This document shows, piece by piece, positions 44,771 through 59,039 of a stretch of 64,000 bases of DNA. A program made the translations under genes and the position numbers. The first letter of the stretch is position 1. Each line of letters begins with the position of its first letter. The stretch is from the human T2T-CHM13v2.0 reference genome, Homo sapiens. A model generated the notes under the pieces. The model saw nothing but the letters and a program-made list of their open reading frames with translations. It was not told the origin of the DNA and did no database searches. The stretch lies in assembly GCF_009914755.1 (NCBI RefSeq), contig NC_060935.1. One strand, 5' to 3'.

Positions 44771-47086
44771 TTGAACACGAGTTAGACGTTCAGATTAATT
44801 CTGAAGACAAGTTAGCTGACTTTAACCACCAGAACAATCATTTAAGAGAAATGTTAGTAGAGTAATCCAAAATGCAGCATGTTCAATTTCAAGGCCAGCT
44901 TCTGCCATTTACTAACCATGTAAACTTAAATCAATCATTCGGACTTTCTGGTCCATAGTTTACTTTCCTTTAAAATAAAGCAGACAGTACTATGTGGCCT
45001 CTAAAGCCCATTCCAATTCTAAAAGTTCTAATATATTTTTCAATGTGTTTTTATTTTGATCTTACACCTTAAAGAGTTGACCATCTAATGAGTGACAATG
45101 AAATGCTGGAAAGAGATGAGGGAGATGGATCAATGTCATAATAAGAAGGGAAGAGGATTTAAATGAGAATAAGTTAAATTTGAGTAAAACTTTATTATCT
45201 TATTTATTCTACAAATATATATTGAGTTCATGCTATGTGCCAAGCGCTATATTATTCTCCATAATTAAAATAAACATGTACTGTCTTTGAAAACCTATAT
45301 GTCCTTGAGGAAGTCGCTTAATCGTGTTTTTATTTTAGGTGTAAACTAAAGCTAATAATAACTCCACTGCTATTATGCTAATCAAGTGCCATAATGTACT
45401 GAAGAGTCCTTTATAAACTTGATACAATTGATATGTTAACATTATTCTCCTGTAAGAATCTCACTATTCCCAGTCTCAGAGCATCATACTCTGCATACTG
45501 AGAGCATTAAAAAACTATATTTCATCAAATCTTCATGGACTATGATTCACCGTTATTATATTCGTTACTAAGAAAGAAAAACTCTGCCAGTTAAGCTATG
45601 GCACAATGATGGGATGTCATCAATTATAAAATTTACCCTGACTTCATAAAGGTTAAAATATGAAAAAACAAATAAATTGTATAAAACTTGTGAGTTAGCA
45701 GCCAACTAGCTGAGTACATAATTAGCATGGAGATAACATGACCTTAGGAAAAGGATGTAGCAGACTAATTTAATTAGTTATTATCATTAAAAAAATAAAC
45801 TCTCTAAATAAGGAAGCAAGAATAGACACAATTTGTGGGATTTCATCAAGCATTTGTTTACTTCTCAAATGATATTTTCAGCAGTAATCTGTGCAGATGT
45901 AGTCCAGACCATGCTATTCTGACATGATTTGTTGAATGGTCTGATGTTCCTTTTATACAGACATTCATTGAAAAGGTGTCATATACAGGCACTGTGCATG
46001 GATTTTAGGTGCAAATAGGACAATATTCACAATCCCCACACAAGAACCTCAAAACTTGGATTGACTCTAAAGATTGGTTATTGAATGAATAGGGCTACTT
46101 TGAAAAGAATTTTTAGAAGGATAAATGGAGGCAGAGACCATCTGGTATTTGTGTTGCTTGAAAATTTTATCAGTGTTATCAATAAAGTATGCCTTCATTA
46201 AGTTTGCAGATAGTGAGAATTTCAGAAAAGTAATTAAACTGTAAAAGAATGAAACTAAATGCAAAGCAGACTTGAGAGAGTAATTATCTATTCAAACTTG
46301 TTAATAGTCAATAGCTGGTAGTATAAGATGATATAGTCTGGGAATGAAAAACAGCCATCTAAATACAGAATTAGAAACAATATGCAAAATAACCTAGATG
46401 GGTCTAGATACTGGAAAAATAGAGAACAAGAGTTCTTTGCTATAGCACCTGCTTTAAAAAACCTGGAGAAATCATGGGAGAAAAAGAAAGGCTAAAGGGA
46501 AATCTTAAGGGGGTGGAAGGGTTATGAACTAATGTCTAGAGATAACCCAAAGGGAGAACCCACCCCTGAGTTCAGGGCAAGAAGGATTATTATGAGAAGC
46601 AGTGGCACAAACAAACAATGACTTTCATAGGGTCACAAATAGAAAATGCAGCACACATTACCCATCACAGAGAGAAGAACTTCAATGATTGAAAAAGTAG
46701 CTATAAAATTATCAATTAAAGGTGTGACTCTACTACAAGTAATGAGGTAAATATAAACATTCATTCTCATATTCCTGTAGCCATTTGTCATTCATTATAT
46801 ATCAATGTTTCCCAAAGTGCATTCCACTGAAGGATAGTTCCATAGGGTGACATTATATTGGTGTGAGAGTGTGGAGAATTAAGTTATATAAATATGTTTG
46901 GGAAACATCAGGTTAAACAATGGCAAACAAGTTACTTCATGAAGAAATTCTTATAAATTTTATGAGATTATATGCGTGTCTCCAACTTAGTCTCTAACTG
47001 AAACCTATGATACAACTTTTTTTTCCCCTCACAAAGCATATTAAGGAGCACTTCGAGTGCTACACTGGTCAATTAAGAAAATTCCA

Positions 47087-47479
<393 letters not shown>

Positions 47480-47954
47480 CTAAAACCATAGAATTTATTT
47501 TTTCTAAAAAATAATATAAAATCATTATTTTTTCAAGCCATGAAGGTTTGGAGAAGAATCTTCTTAAGGAAACAGAAGGAAGGCTGCATTATTAAGAAGT
47601 CCTAAAGACTAAGCCAAACAAAGGACTGCTAAAGTAGAAGTCATTTTTACTTGTTGTAGATATAAGAATTTTCCAACAACAACAAGTTAAACACTTTAGA
47701 ATCTAGGCACACTTATAATTCCCTAGGAACCTGATGGCTTTAGTAGACTGTAAACTCTTTTTATTTATTTTCTTTTAAGGAGCTACTTCATAGACATCAC
47801 ACTTAATTCCAAGTGTAAGATTAAATCACAACCTTCCAGCTGAACTTTAATCTACAGACTTTGTCTTCTCAAATGGAGCAGGCATAAAATTTTCTTTATT
47901 GGTGTATCAGGTAGCTCTTCTAGGGGGTGATGAACACGGGCTTTAGGGCTCACT

Positions 47955-48086
47955 TGAGCGGAATACTATGTCAGGGGCTGCTGCCTGCTTCTGTTTGTAA
48001 AGCATTAGAGCAGAGATAAGAATTGTGTGTGATACACATCTTGCAAAGCCACCATTTGGGTCCTCCCACAGATTTAAAAACTGTAT
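47955..48086 (-). other. Possible upstream (5' UTR or non-coding) exon
   Basis: catttcaccag| ... CAA|gtgagc, 132 nt in unique sequence, same strand as the candidate pseudogene. Confidence 0.25.
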
Positions 48087-50247
48087 CTGGTGAAATGATA
48101 TGGTATATAAACAATATGTCTCTTCCAAAGTCAGGCAAATTAATATTAGAGTCTAAAAAATAAATGTTTTGTTAATTTAGGTCTTCAAACAATACTTTGA
48201 CAGATTCTAGCTGCCCTGCTCTTCTTTGCCTAGCACAGTTATTTTCTTATACAACATTCAAAGAGGCCATGTTCACACTCAAAGGATGAAATTCTTTGTT
48301 TATATAATAATCTATTTTTTTTATTGATTCCTACTATATATGTCAGCTACTTTATTGGTTTTTCATTTAATCAAAATACTAATCCTATGAATTATTATTG
48401 CCATCCTAACATAAAGTGTTACAGTTTGGAAGGGGTTAAATCAAATGCCCAAACTTACAGTCTTGATAAATGGCTAAGCTGTGTATATAATAAAATTACA
48501 TCTTTTTCACTTTAAAGTCTATTCTGTTTTGGTCTGAGCAATGGATCTTCAGAATATCAGCACTCTGCTGCTTTGCATGCTTAGCTTGTTGGTTTGGATG
48601 GACAAATACATGATATTAATGAGCCCTAAGTCACAGACTATCAAGATTGCTACTGCTTTCACAAATGGCCTATGAAAAGATCAATAGATCAATAGGTGAG
48701 CAGCCAAGGGCAGCTGTGACTGAAAACCAAAAACAACCCTGGGTGTACAGGCATTCCTGATCATCACTACACATACCTTTAAGCATTTTATAGTGATTTT
48801 TGCTGGAAGGTTATTTGCAACTACAACCTGTAGTCAATTGACCCAATATAAAGATGCCAAAGCTACATGTGTAGGGTTAAATATTCCTATCTTCATGTTT
48901 TGTGTTTCCTCTCAAATAGCCTATTCTGCCCAGTCCCAAGGAATCTTTAGCATTCTTACATAATCTTTCTTCTACTACTTACATATATGTCACCTTTTTA
49001 AAATGATCATTATTGTATACCATATTATTATATATAAAATGTACATATATATATTATTATATAAAATAATCCCTATGTATATATTCACACTCATTCTGGA
49101 TCCATGCCCTTGTTATTCCTTCCTCCACATAGCATTTCAACCCAAGATAGCTTATCTTGCTACATTCTTCACTCTATGATTATGGTTTTCTTTATGTTTT
49201 ATCATACTTACAGTTCCTAGAAAGAGCCTATAAAAAATATTCTCTGACCTATATCTTGAAGGGGGTGTACAATTATTCATGGTTTATCTGATTCCCCCAA
49301 TCCCTAATACTTCTCTCTCATACACTTACAAGATTCTGAGAGGTAGATACTTAATAAAAGTTTTTATTCTCATAAAATCCTCATCTTGGGCTGTAAACCT
49401 TTTTTATAAAGATGCCTAGGAGACTAACAAGGTACTGAAGCAATGTGTTAATTCAGCCATAATTTGCTAATTAAGAAAAGAAATTTTTAAAAATTCAGGA
49501 TGCCTCTGTAAAGACAATGTTCAGTTCAACAATAAGAATATAGAAGAAGCTCTGCTAAACTGTTTATCACAGTCTTCTTTTCATTGAAGTGTCAGGTTAC
49601 AACATTAAAACACTGTCTCCCAAGTAATTCCATTAAGCAAAAGTCACTGTGTGTGGTTGCGAGATTATTATGTAATTACCTCTATGCATTTAGCATTCAT
49701 TATCATGAAGAGATTAATCTGTGCAATCAACATTTGTTTAGACACACTGTTTTGTCAGTACTTGGGTGGCAAATGTCACTAAGCTAAATAAAAGCATCTC
49801 TTATATATGCTTGTGCAATAGGAAAGACACTCGGGAAGTTAATTCTGTCCCGTTACTGATTTTGAATGTCAGCTCTGACAGCCACAATAACAATTGGTTC
49901 AGGTAATGTTGACAGCTGGTGAGGACAGGCTAGATCAAGAAATGCATTGCAGATTCAGATTCTTACCACTGTAGTCCTTGAGTTAGGAAACTCAGGTGAC
50001 TGATGTGTAATTCAGTAAGTGCTAAAGTGAGTTATGGCACACTTTTGTTAAATTGGTTCAGATTTTTGGATGACACAAAATAGCAAAATATAATCCTCTC
50101 ATGTCATCTAGACACCTTGATAAAGCTCTTCAATGCAATATCTTAAACCACGAGATAAAAGCAGAACAACTGATAAAATGTTTTCAAAGACTGTCATCAT
50201 AGACCATTTACATGGAGAAATGACACCAAATTTCATGCTATACTACA

Positions 50248-50476
50248 CCAGAAATCAGCAAACATTTCCTCTAAAAGGCAAGATAGTAAATATAAACAGC
50301 CATTTAGTCTTTGTCACAACTACTCAGTTTTGCAATGGTAGCATGAAAGTAGCCATTTACAAATACATAATAAAATTAGCATGGCTGAGTTCCAATAATA
50401 TACAATAAATAAAATAATTTAGGCAAAACAGGCAGTGAGACAAATTTGACTTGCAGGCCACAGGCTGTTGACCCTG
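50248..50476. mobile_element. MER58A hAT DNA transposon
   Basis: cagcaaacatttcctctaaaaggcaagatagtaaata...ggctgttgaccctg. Confidence 0.8.
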
Positions 50477-50995
50477 TGCTACATTATGATCTGTCAGAAG
50501 GCTGCTGGTTGTTATGAAAACAGCAGTATTCCCTTAGCACAGGTGATCATATGAGAGAGATCCTTCTGGTAACCTTTGAAAGACTCTTAAGCTATGAGTC
50601 TATCTGGGTTTAGACTCGAGTGATACAAGACTAAGATCAGCCTTGATAAGGACAAGGAATCAGAGAGGCAACCATGCATCACATGAATGACTCATCATGT
50701 GTGCCCATCAGAGACCCTCCTTCCAATTTAAAAAAGAAAATCTAATCACCTAATACTTTAGCTTAAATATTTTGTCCAGGCCAGTATTCTATTTAAAGGT
50801 TTATATTTCTATGGAGTAGGTAAAACTACTGAAGAACAAATTAAGACTTCTAATTCTGGTCCAGGCTCAGTGATAAATAAGAATGTGACATTGTTTATTT
50901 CACTTTATATATTTGAACTTGTTTTTTCTGTATGATAATGACATTGAATTGATTATTACTAATGCTTCATCCAGGTCTACTATTCTATGATATAT

Positions 50996-51630
50996 ACACT
51001 CAAGTTTCATTATTCTCAGTAGTTATGTTCTACAACGTTGCCCTGAACACTGAATTACCAAATACCAAATCATTTCTTCAAAGGAAAAATAGGGATGGGT
51101 CCCTACAAGTGTGTGTTTATGACATTGTTGTCAAGCTATCAATATACAACATTATTTTATTTGTGTCTCTGAAGACACCATACGTAATAGACGGTATTAA
51201 TTCATTAGCATTGAACTCATGGTCAACAGCACTAAAACTCATGCCTGAACAAAGCTTCTCCAACATACATATTTTCTCTGTGAGGCATATTGCAACCTTC
51301 TTGCACCTTAGAACACTAGTCAGTGCTTCAGCACTACGCTTGAGCACCATTTTAAACAGTGAAATCAACAAAAAGCACAAAATGTGAGAAATGTAGCACT
51401 AAATAGACGGTAAAAAGGACACTCATGTATAATACGAGAGCTGAAATAGACAGAGCTCTGCTGTGTTCCATTTCAGCTGGAAATATGCACTCCAGAAACT
51501 CAAATTTTTTGCCAGTCTGTGCGTGTCTGTGAATGACTCGTAAGTGCCATTAGTATTGATTACGGTATTACAATAAATTTCATAAGTAGATGAGTTTACA
51601 AATACAGAATCTGCAAGTAAGAATTGACTA
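50996..51630. mobile_element. MER82 (Tigger family) with CENP-B-type HTH transposase remnant
   Basis: Termini of MER82 type; minus ORF 51117..51380 CKKVAICLTEKICMLEKLCSGMSFSAVDHEFNANE. Confidence 0.8.
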
Positions 51631-52839
51631 TATTATGAGTAAAGTGATTGCATATCTCTGTGCTCCAATAACATTATTTTGTTTCCTTTTACTCTTCATA
51701 GAATTTCATCTACTATCCCTCCTCAGGACTCTTCCATATTCAGCCTGTCTGGATCTCAAGCCATGTGCCCTCAGCCTCTGTGCCTAGATGAATATAGCAA
51801 TCTTCAGTTTCTTGTCATTTTTGAAGTTAGTCCTTCTTCCAAACTGATTCCAGAGTTATCTTGCTAAAAGCAAATCTGAGCATACTGCTTCAATGCTTAG
51901 CTATTCCTGTGAACTCCTCATTGACCATAGAATAAAACCCTGAAGTTCAAACTTTCGGTTCACTGTGTAGCACCTGCACAACTTAGTCTAAACATAACTC
52001 ATCTTCTGCCTCCACTCTCCTTATATTTTACATATTAACCACACTTACATTCTTCTTTATCCATCCTTGTTTTTTCATAGGCCTTTATTTGCTTATAGCT
52101 CAAAGTCCACCAACTCTGTGAATTCATTTTTTTGATTACCTTAGGGGGAAACAAAAGAGTAACTTACAGCATTGAAATTTGCTCTTTACAAGAAGATTAT
52201 GCACACATCTTATCTCCTTAGGGACAAAGAAGTTTTCCTATAAATATTTTATGTTCTGAGACCTCAGCCTGAGACCATGGCATAGCAGATACTCAATAAA
52301 ACAGTGTAACACATACAGAAGGAGTATGCATTTATTATTCACTGAAAATACTTACATACTACCTACTCTTTATCAGGTACCATTCTAGGCGTTAGGGATA
52401 CCACATGAATAAGACAAAAACGGTAGTATTTGAGGCTCAGGGGCCAGTTATTTAATCCCTTCAAGTCTCAATGTTTTTTCATCTATTAAGTGGGAGTAAA
52501 AAATATTTCTACTGCATAAGTCTGATGTGAGGATTAACTGAGATAATAAAGAAGCAGATACAATACTCAACATTGTGCTTAAAAATAGTAAGCACTCAAT
52601 ACATGTTAATTTTATAGGTTTAATATGGAATACATTATCAGCTATTTCCAGTGGTATACAGTAAAAATTCCTACAATGGTTCTTAAAATCTACTAAATTC
52701 TGACTTAGAGTTATTTTAGATCTCACTTCATATTCCATAATTATATGCTGAAACTTCCCTTTTTGAAAGTTTTTCCCAATTATTGAGGTAAGATGTCCTT
52801 TCTCTTGGTGAAATACATAATATCCTGCAGATATTTATG

Positions 52840-53330
52840 ATCAAGCCTAGTCTATTATCTGGCTGTAAACTGCAGAAAACATGACTATATTAGCTTTAAA
52901 ATATATATGTTTATTTTTTTCATAAAACTAAAATCTAGAGGAAAGTGGCTACTGACATTGGTGCAATAAATCTCATTAAATTAGGACAAATGTATCTGTG
53001 ATTCTCTTGGCCTTCCTCTTATGATTTCTAGATGACTGCAGCAGGTGAGGCTATCATGAGTGCATTCAAGGCAAGAAAGGAAAGGAGGGAAAGAAAAGGG
53101 GACAATATCTGCATCAGGAAAATCAGTCTTCTCAGAAAACCAGTTTAATCCCATCTACATTTCACTGAAAACAATTATAGCTCTTAACCACCCCTCTGAA
53201 TCCAAAGAAGACTGGAATAGCAAGGATTTTTATTTGACTCATTCATTACCATCTCAAACATTTGATTTCTGTTGGTTTGGAACAAGAGGGAAAAATAAAT
53301 ATTGTAGGCACTAGCACTGTTCACCCCACA
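52840..53330. mobile_element. Old MLT1-type LTR
   Basis: Degenerate MLT1-like sequence (agatgactgcagc...gcattcaaggcaagaaagg). Confidence 0.5.
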
Positions 53331-54899
53331 AAGGAAACAGCCTAGGGTAGGTTTCACAAACCCAAAAAAGGTTAGTGAGTAATCAAGAAATATGGGCCTC
53401 TCAACACATTTTGTAATAAATGCATAATTATATTTCTTTCTAAGTTACCATTATAAAAAGTAAAATATAAACTATCTTTTTGTATTATGGGAGGCATATC
53501 ACAGCCTTCTTGCACTTAAGAACAATATTTGTGTAAGTAAAAAAAGGGTTGACTCACTTCTAATGTTTTCTAAATATTGTTTTTCCTTCATTTCCTCTAG
53601 GACATTAGTTCTCAAGCCTCATATTTCAAAATAGAGAAGAGTCCCTGAAAAACATAACTTATCCCACAAATATCATCACTTCAAAGGAAACTAGGTGTGA
53701 GAGATAGACAGAGTGGAGCATGGAGAATGCATCATGGAGGTGCTAGAAGAGACTGGATGAACCTACCTATAAGGCCTGCTAGCCAAGGTGCTAACACCCA
53801 TAGCTGTCATTAGATCAATATATAGAGTAGCAATAACCTATAGGTTTCAGCACTTAGGTCAATACAAGTATATTAGCAACAGTGGCCTGGAGCATTGTAT
53901 TGAGAAGGAGTTTGAAGCTACATCTGGAATCAGAGGGAAAGATCCAACTAATTATTTTGCAGTATCTCTTGTGAGTAAAGAAGGAAGTACAAGAGTACCA
54001 AGTATGTGCTGTACTTCATATAAATTAATGTATTCAAGACTGTTAAAATTGGAATTGAAAGATTGCCTTGTGCAATTATCTCCCTTTGAATATGAAGTAA
54101 TATACATTAGACTAGAACCTGGTCCCCTGCCTTCACTTCCTAGTGAATTCCAGGGAGATTTCAGACACCAAGTGTGAAAAATAATTGGGAATCTCAAACC
54201 ATTGTCATCTCTTGACAAGAAACCACATACACCACTACCACTCCTTCCCACATCATGAAAAGTGAAGTAACAGATAAACCTCAAGGACGAAATGGTTTTT
54301 AGAAATGGAAATAATTATTCATTTGCTTAAAGTTCAGTTGGTTGCAGGGGAATAAGGATGTTCTGCTCCTTGGAGTTATTAAGGTATGCAGGCTCTTTTA
54401 TCTTGTTTAGCCTTCCTCTAGGCACCTGGAATGCTCTCATCCAGTTCCAGATGGAGAAGAGGTGAAGGATCACTTAGATGGTTTTCAAGGACCAAGTCAA
54501 CGAGGAACATATATCACTTCCAATAGAATTTCATTTGCTAAGACTTCAGTCCAATGACCACACACAATTACAAGAGAGGATAAGAAATGTAGTCTAGCTG
54601 TATTACCCAGAAGGATAGGAAATAGGGACTACAGAAACAATTAGCCAGACTGCCACAGAAGTCAATCACCCTATAGAACCTCAACTAGGAAATAGCCACT
54701 GATGGGTTGCTGTTGCTTATCTGTGTGTATTTCCCACCAGTCTTTTCATATAGGTTAGGGGTCATAAAGAAAACAGATTTAAAAGAAGACACATATATTT
54801 GTCTTGAATTTTTTTATAGAGTCTACCTTTATTTCACATTTAAAAGGGGAAATAATTTATTGGCAGTCAACTTGAGAGCAAAAATTTAAATTTGTTATA

Positions 54900-55860
54900 A
54901 ATGTATTTCTCTACTTTAAATTTTGCTTTTGAAATAATTGCACATTCATACGAAGTTGAAAAAATAGTAGAGGTCGGTCCCATGAATATTTCATCCATGT
55001 TTTCCTTAATGGTTACAGACTATATAATTATAGTACAGGAGCAAAACCAGGAAACTGACATTGGTACAACAGGCTGGACTGCAACGGGCGTTCCATCTCC
55101 CCGTTAGGACACCACTGATACCTCCCTGGGTCAGTGGTAGGAGTGTCCTCTAACTGTTTTCCATGTAATTTCCACAGATGTACCTTTACCATGGGGCCAT
55201 GGTGAAAACCCTGACTCTCCCCTAGCCCTTTCCTGACAGTACTCCAGCAGGCCGAGAGAGAAACTACTCACTTTGCCAGCCTCCCCACATGCTCTCCACA
55301 CTTACATCCTTGGGGAGGGAGTTTAGTACCACATGGCAGCATTGTGTTGAGAAAGGGTTTGAGGATACAACTGGATTAAAGATGAGGAAGACTCATGTAA
55401 TTTTTTTTTCTTAGCTATGGTGTTACAGCCTGGCAAGAGTGGATTTCTACGTTCTTCATTTCATCTTTGCTGGTGCATGTAGAGTGGGGCCAAAGTTTTC
55501 TCTGTGGTGTTTAGCAGCAGTAGAACAGTTATTGTCTAAAAGTTTTATTTCCCTTTCTGGTCCTTCAGCTAGAAAAATCAGACTTTTGTTGGGCTTTTTG
55601 CATGTCTGCACCCATTGGAGTTTCTGGATTTTGCTTTTTTGAGCTCTAAGATTAACATACAGGATACCAAAAGAAAGCCTAGAGAACATACCACCACGTT
55701 GTCTCTTGGGTCCCAATGTCCCTGGCTGGTCTGCCTTCTTTTCACCACCTTTTAGAGTTTTTTGTTTGTTTATACGTAATGTTCAGGGATTTCAGCTATA
55801 CTTAGCAGGAGAAAAAGAGAAAAGGACATCTAACCCATCTTCCTAGAAGCTGAAGTTTCC
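54900..55860 (-). mobile_element. L1M/L1MC fragments
   Basis: ttttgaaataattgcacattcatac...aaaccaggaaactgacattggtaca, followed by old L1 5' region-like sequence. Confidence 0.6.
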
Positions 55861-58800
55861 CTTCTCTTGAATTTTTTTTTTTTTTTAATTTCACAATGAT
55901 AGTCACCATGAGAAAAGCTACAGATCTGGAGATGCCATGTAAAACTCTCCTAGGTTTCAGCACAGCCTGGGCATCTGTTCTTTAGGGAAGCACTTTTCTC
56001 CTATGAAAATGCTTACAAATTAAAGTTATTAAGCACTTTTTCTGCACAGATTTCATGACTTATATAAAATAATGCAATATCTTTATGTGCTTATCTTTAT
56101 AGAAACCCAGCTGTCTATACATACTATAATGAAATTTTCACTTGTAATAGGTGTTCAATAAATCTTGAATGAATGTTCAAATAAATTATTCCATTAGTGA
56201 ACTACAACTAATTTATATAAACCCAAAAATAGATAACAAAACTTTTTCTGATAGATATTTAAGCCATTAATTTTTCTCAACCCATCAGAAAGGGTATGCA
56301 GTTGACAGGGTATTTACACTCCCTACTACCACCAAAATGATATCAAGAACTAGGTGGCTTTGCTTCACAAAATATGCTTGAGGCTACATGTCATAATAAA
56401 ATAACAATAGGATCTGTTAGTGAGAAATCATAGGAGAAAATTTCTAAACTGGGAAAAACTTGGATCACAGCAGAAAAGAAGACAATGTGCATTAATAATA
56501 AATTCAGGTAAAGGCACTCAATAGAGCAAGGAAGCACTAGTCATTCTAGAACTTTCACTCTGTTTCTCCAGCACTGTGCTTTTTAAACGTCAAATACAAG
56601 GTTAAAATGACAGTTGTCAGCTGAGAAGAATTACAGACCTGCAAAACCACTCACTCAATTCCAATGATTTAGCCCTCTTCCCTCAGGGAGAAGTCTAAGT
56701 AAACAACACACTGTTAACATTTACCTGACATTTTCTCTGTCTTCACCTTGATTGGTAATTCTGCAGTAATTCATGTTCCCTTGGGCACACCTCTTGGGAT
56801 CAACATAATTCTCAGAAATCTTGAGAGAAAGAGAGAGAAAATAGACAACTTCCTCATGCCTCCAGCCTTTGCTAAGATTCTGCTAACTAACTGACCTCAC
56901 TCTTACCTTGGGATAAGAAGACTAAACATGTCAGGGAAGGATAGGCCAACACAAGCAGACTAGTGGAGTCTCAGAGTTCACGAGACCCAGTTGACAAAAT
57001 CATACAATTGCCCTGACTTGCTGTGGCCAATTTTTTTTCTGATGGGAACAAGTAGCCTGTGTCTTATCTGGACAGAAAATTACATCACCATGTTCTTTTA
57101 CTTAGAAATCTAAACATGTGGGAATCCCTCAGCACTTATCTTAATTATTCCCATGAGAATGGCAAGCTGATCAGTGAACAAAGTATTCCTGAGAAGCTCT
57201 GTCAGAAACCACTTGACTTGGGATGAAAAGCATTGTCTTAGGTGCTTCTGCCTGCTCCACATCACTATCTTTAAACCAGGCCTACCTCTTCACAAACCCA
57301 CACTGCTGCTGCGAACTGCTCTCAAGAATAGTCTTGGAAGCTGTACCTTTCTGCTGCTTTCGTTCTGACTCTGAACTCCAATGCATGTCACCTAGCTTCG
57401 AAGCTTGTAACTGCTTTGTCTCCCATTTCTGACACCTTACTCATTCTACAGATTGACAGCTGACCTTGATTTCCTTGCTTTTGACCCTATGTCTCTGTAA
57501 GAACTTGAAACTTAGCCTGTTTCTAGTTCTTTCTGCAACTGACCTTTTTGGGTAAAAACCTACCAGAGTAAGCTCTTAAATTTTTAACAAGGGTCAGTGC
57601 TCTAATCAGACTTTCTGCCCTCTCTAGGATGAGTCAAAATATATTTAATGAAAACAATTACCTGAAAAAGGTAGTATCTCCACTAATAAGCTTATATTTT
57701 TATAACATTGTTCTGTATCATGTTTTGCCATTAATTGAGTTCTTTAAAATACTAAAAACAACATGAATAAATTACTAAACATCCAAAATTTTTTAAATGT
57801 TGACTTTTTTTATTTCCAATTTAAAACATAGAAGAAAAAAATTGAAGTTTCCTCTATTTCTCTACTCATTTCCATTCTACTCCTATCCTCTCCAAAGGCA
57901 ATTGCTTTCATTAAGAGAGGTAATCTGTTACATGTATGCATGCATATTTGTAAATAAAAACATGTAGCATTACTTTCAATGTTTTTAATAAGATAATATA
58001 CATTATGTTTTATTCTAAAATGTGATGTTTTAATTTAACATTATGTCTTCAATAACTGTCCATCAATCTATCAAGACATCTATCTATTATCTATTAATCA
58101 TTTGTTCAAATCAATGGACACTATTCTATCATATGACTAAATAATATATCCTGTACCTATTCATCTACTGAGAGTTACTGAAGAAGTTTCCAAATTTTAT
58201 TCTTACAAACAATGCTTCAATGGATATTATAGCACTCTTCTGTACCTACGCTCCATATGTGCTGACTTTTCTATATTTGCATTTATCCAACTGTGCATTA
58301 AACCTATTGGAGTGTTATCAAGTCAATTTACCATATCAAGACCATGATGAAAAGAAATCCATCTAACTCTTCTGAAGAGCCCACTGAAGAGAGAGAGTCC
58401 CATCTATTCCAGCCATTTCAATTGAGGTGCTGGACATAGGACCAAAGCCAACTTTGATCATCCAGCCCAACCAACTTCCATATAATGCTTTTCCATGAGT
58501 GACCTAGAAGGCCAAGAAATAAACTTCCTTCTGAGGCCAGCCTAGAATACAGAATCATTAACAAATAAATGTTTTTTATTTTAATCTGTGAAGTTTTAGG
58601 TGGTTGCATTAACTCTTACACATAATAAAAGTAGGAACATTGTAACAGTCAGTATGGGCTATGCAATTCTGCAGAATAAAAAATTCCTAAATCTTAGTGG
58701 TTTGTAAAATTGAAAGCCTATTTATCAATCAGTCTATATGTCCATTCTGAATTGACTATGTGCTCTGTTCTACAACAAACACCTCACTCCAGTGTACAGG

Positions 58801-59039
58801 TGGAGAAAGTAAGCACCATCTTAAAAGCTTCTAGTTGCCTTGGCAGAGAGAAAAAAAATACAGAAAATCTTGCACTGGCAATTAAATGCTTTAGCACAAA
58901 AATGAAACACATCACTCGTTTGTAACTCATTAGCCAAAATTTTTCACATGACACAATACTTGGTGAACTACGTTATGTCCAAGTATGTCTTCTTTGATGT
59001 AATGTAATTTTTTTTACTGTGTGTTGTGATTTTTTAAAA

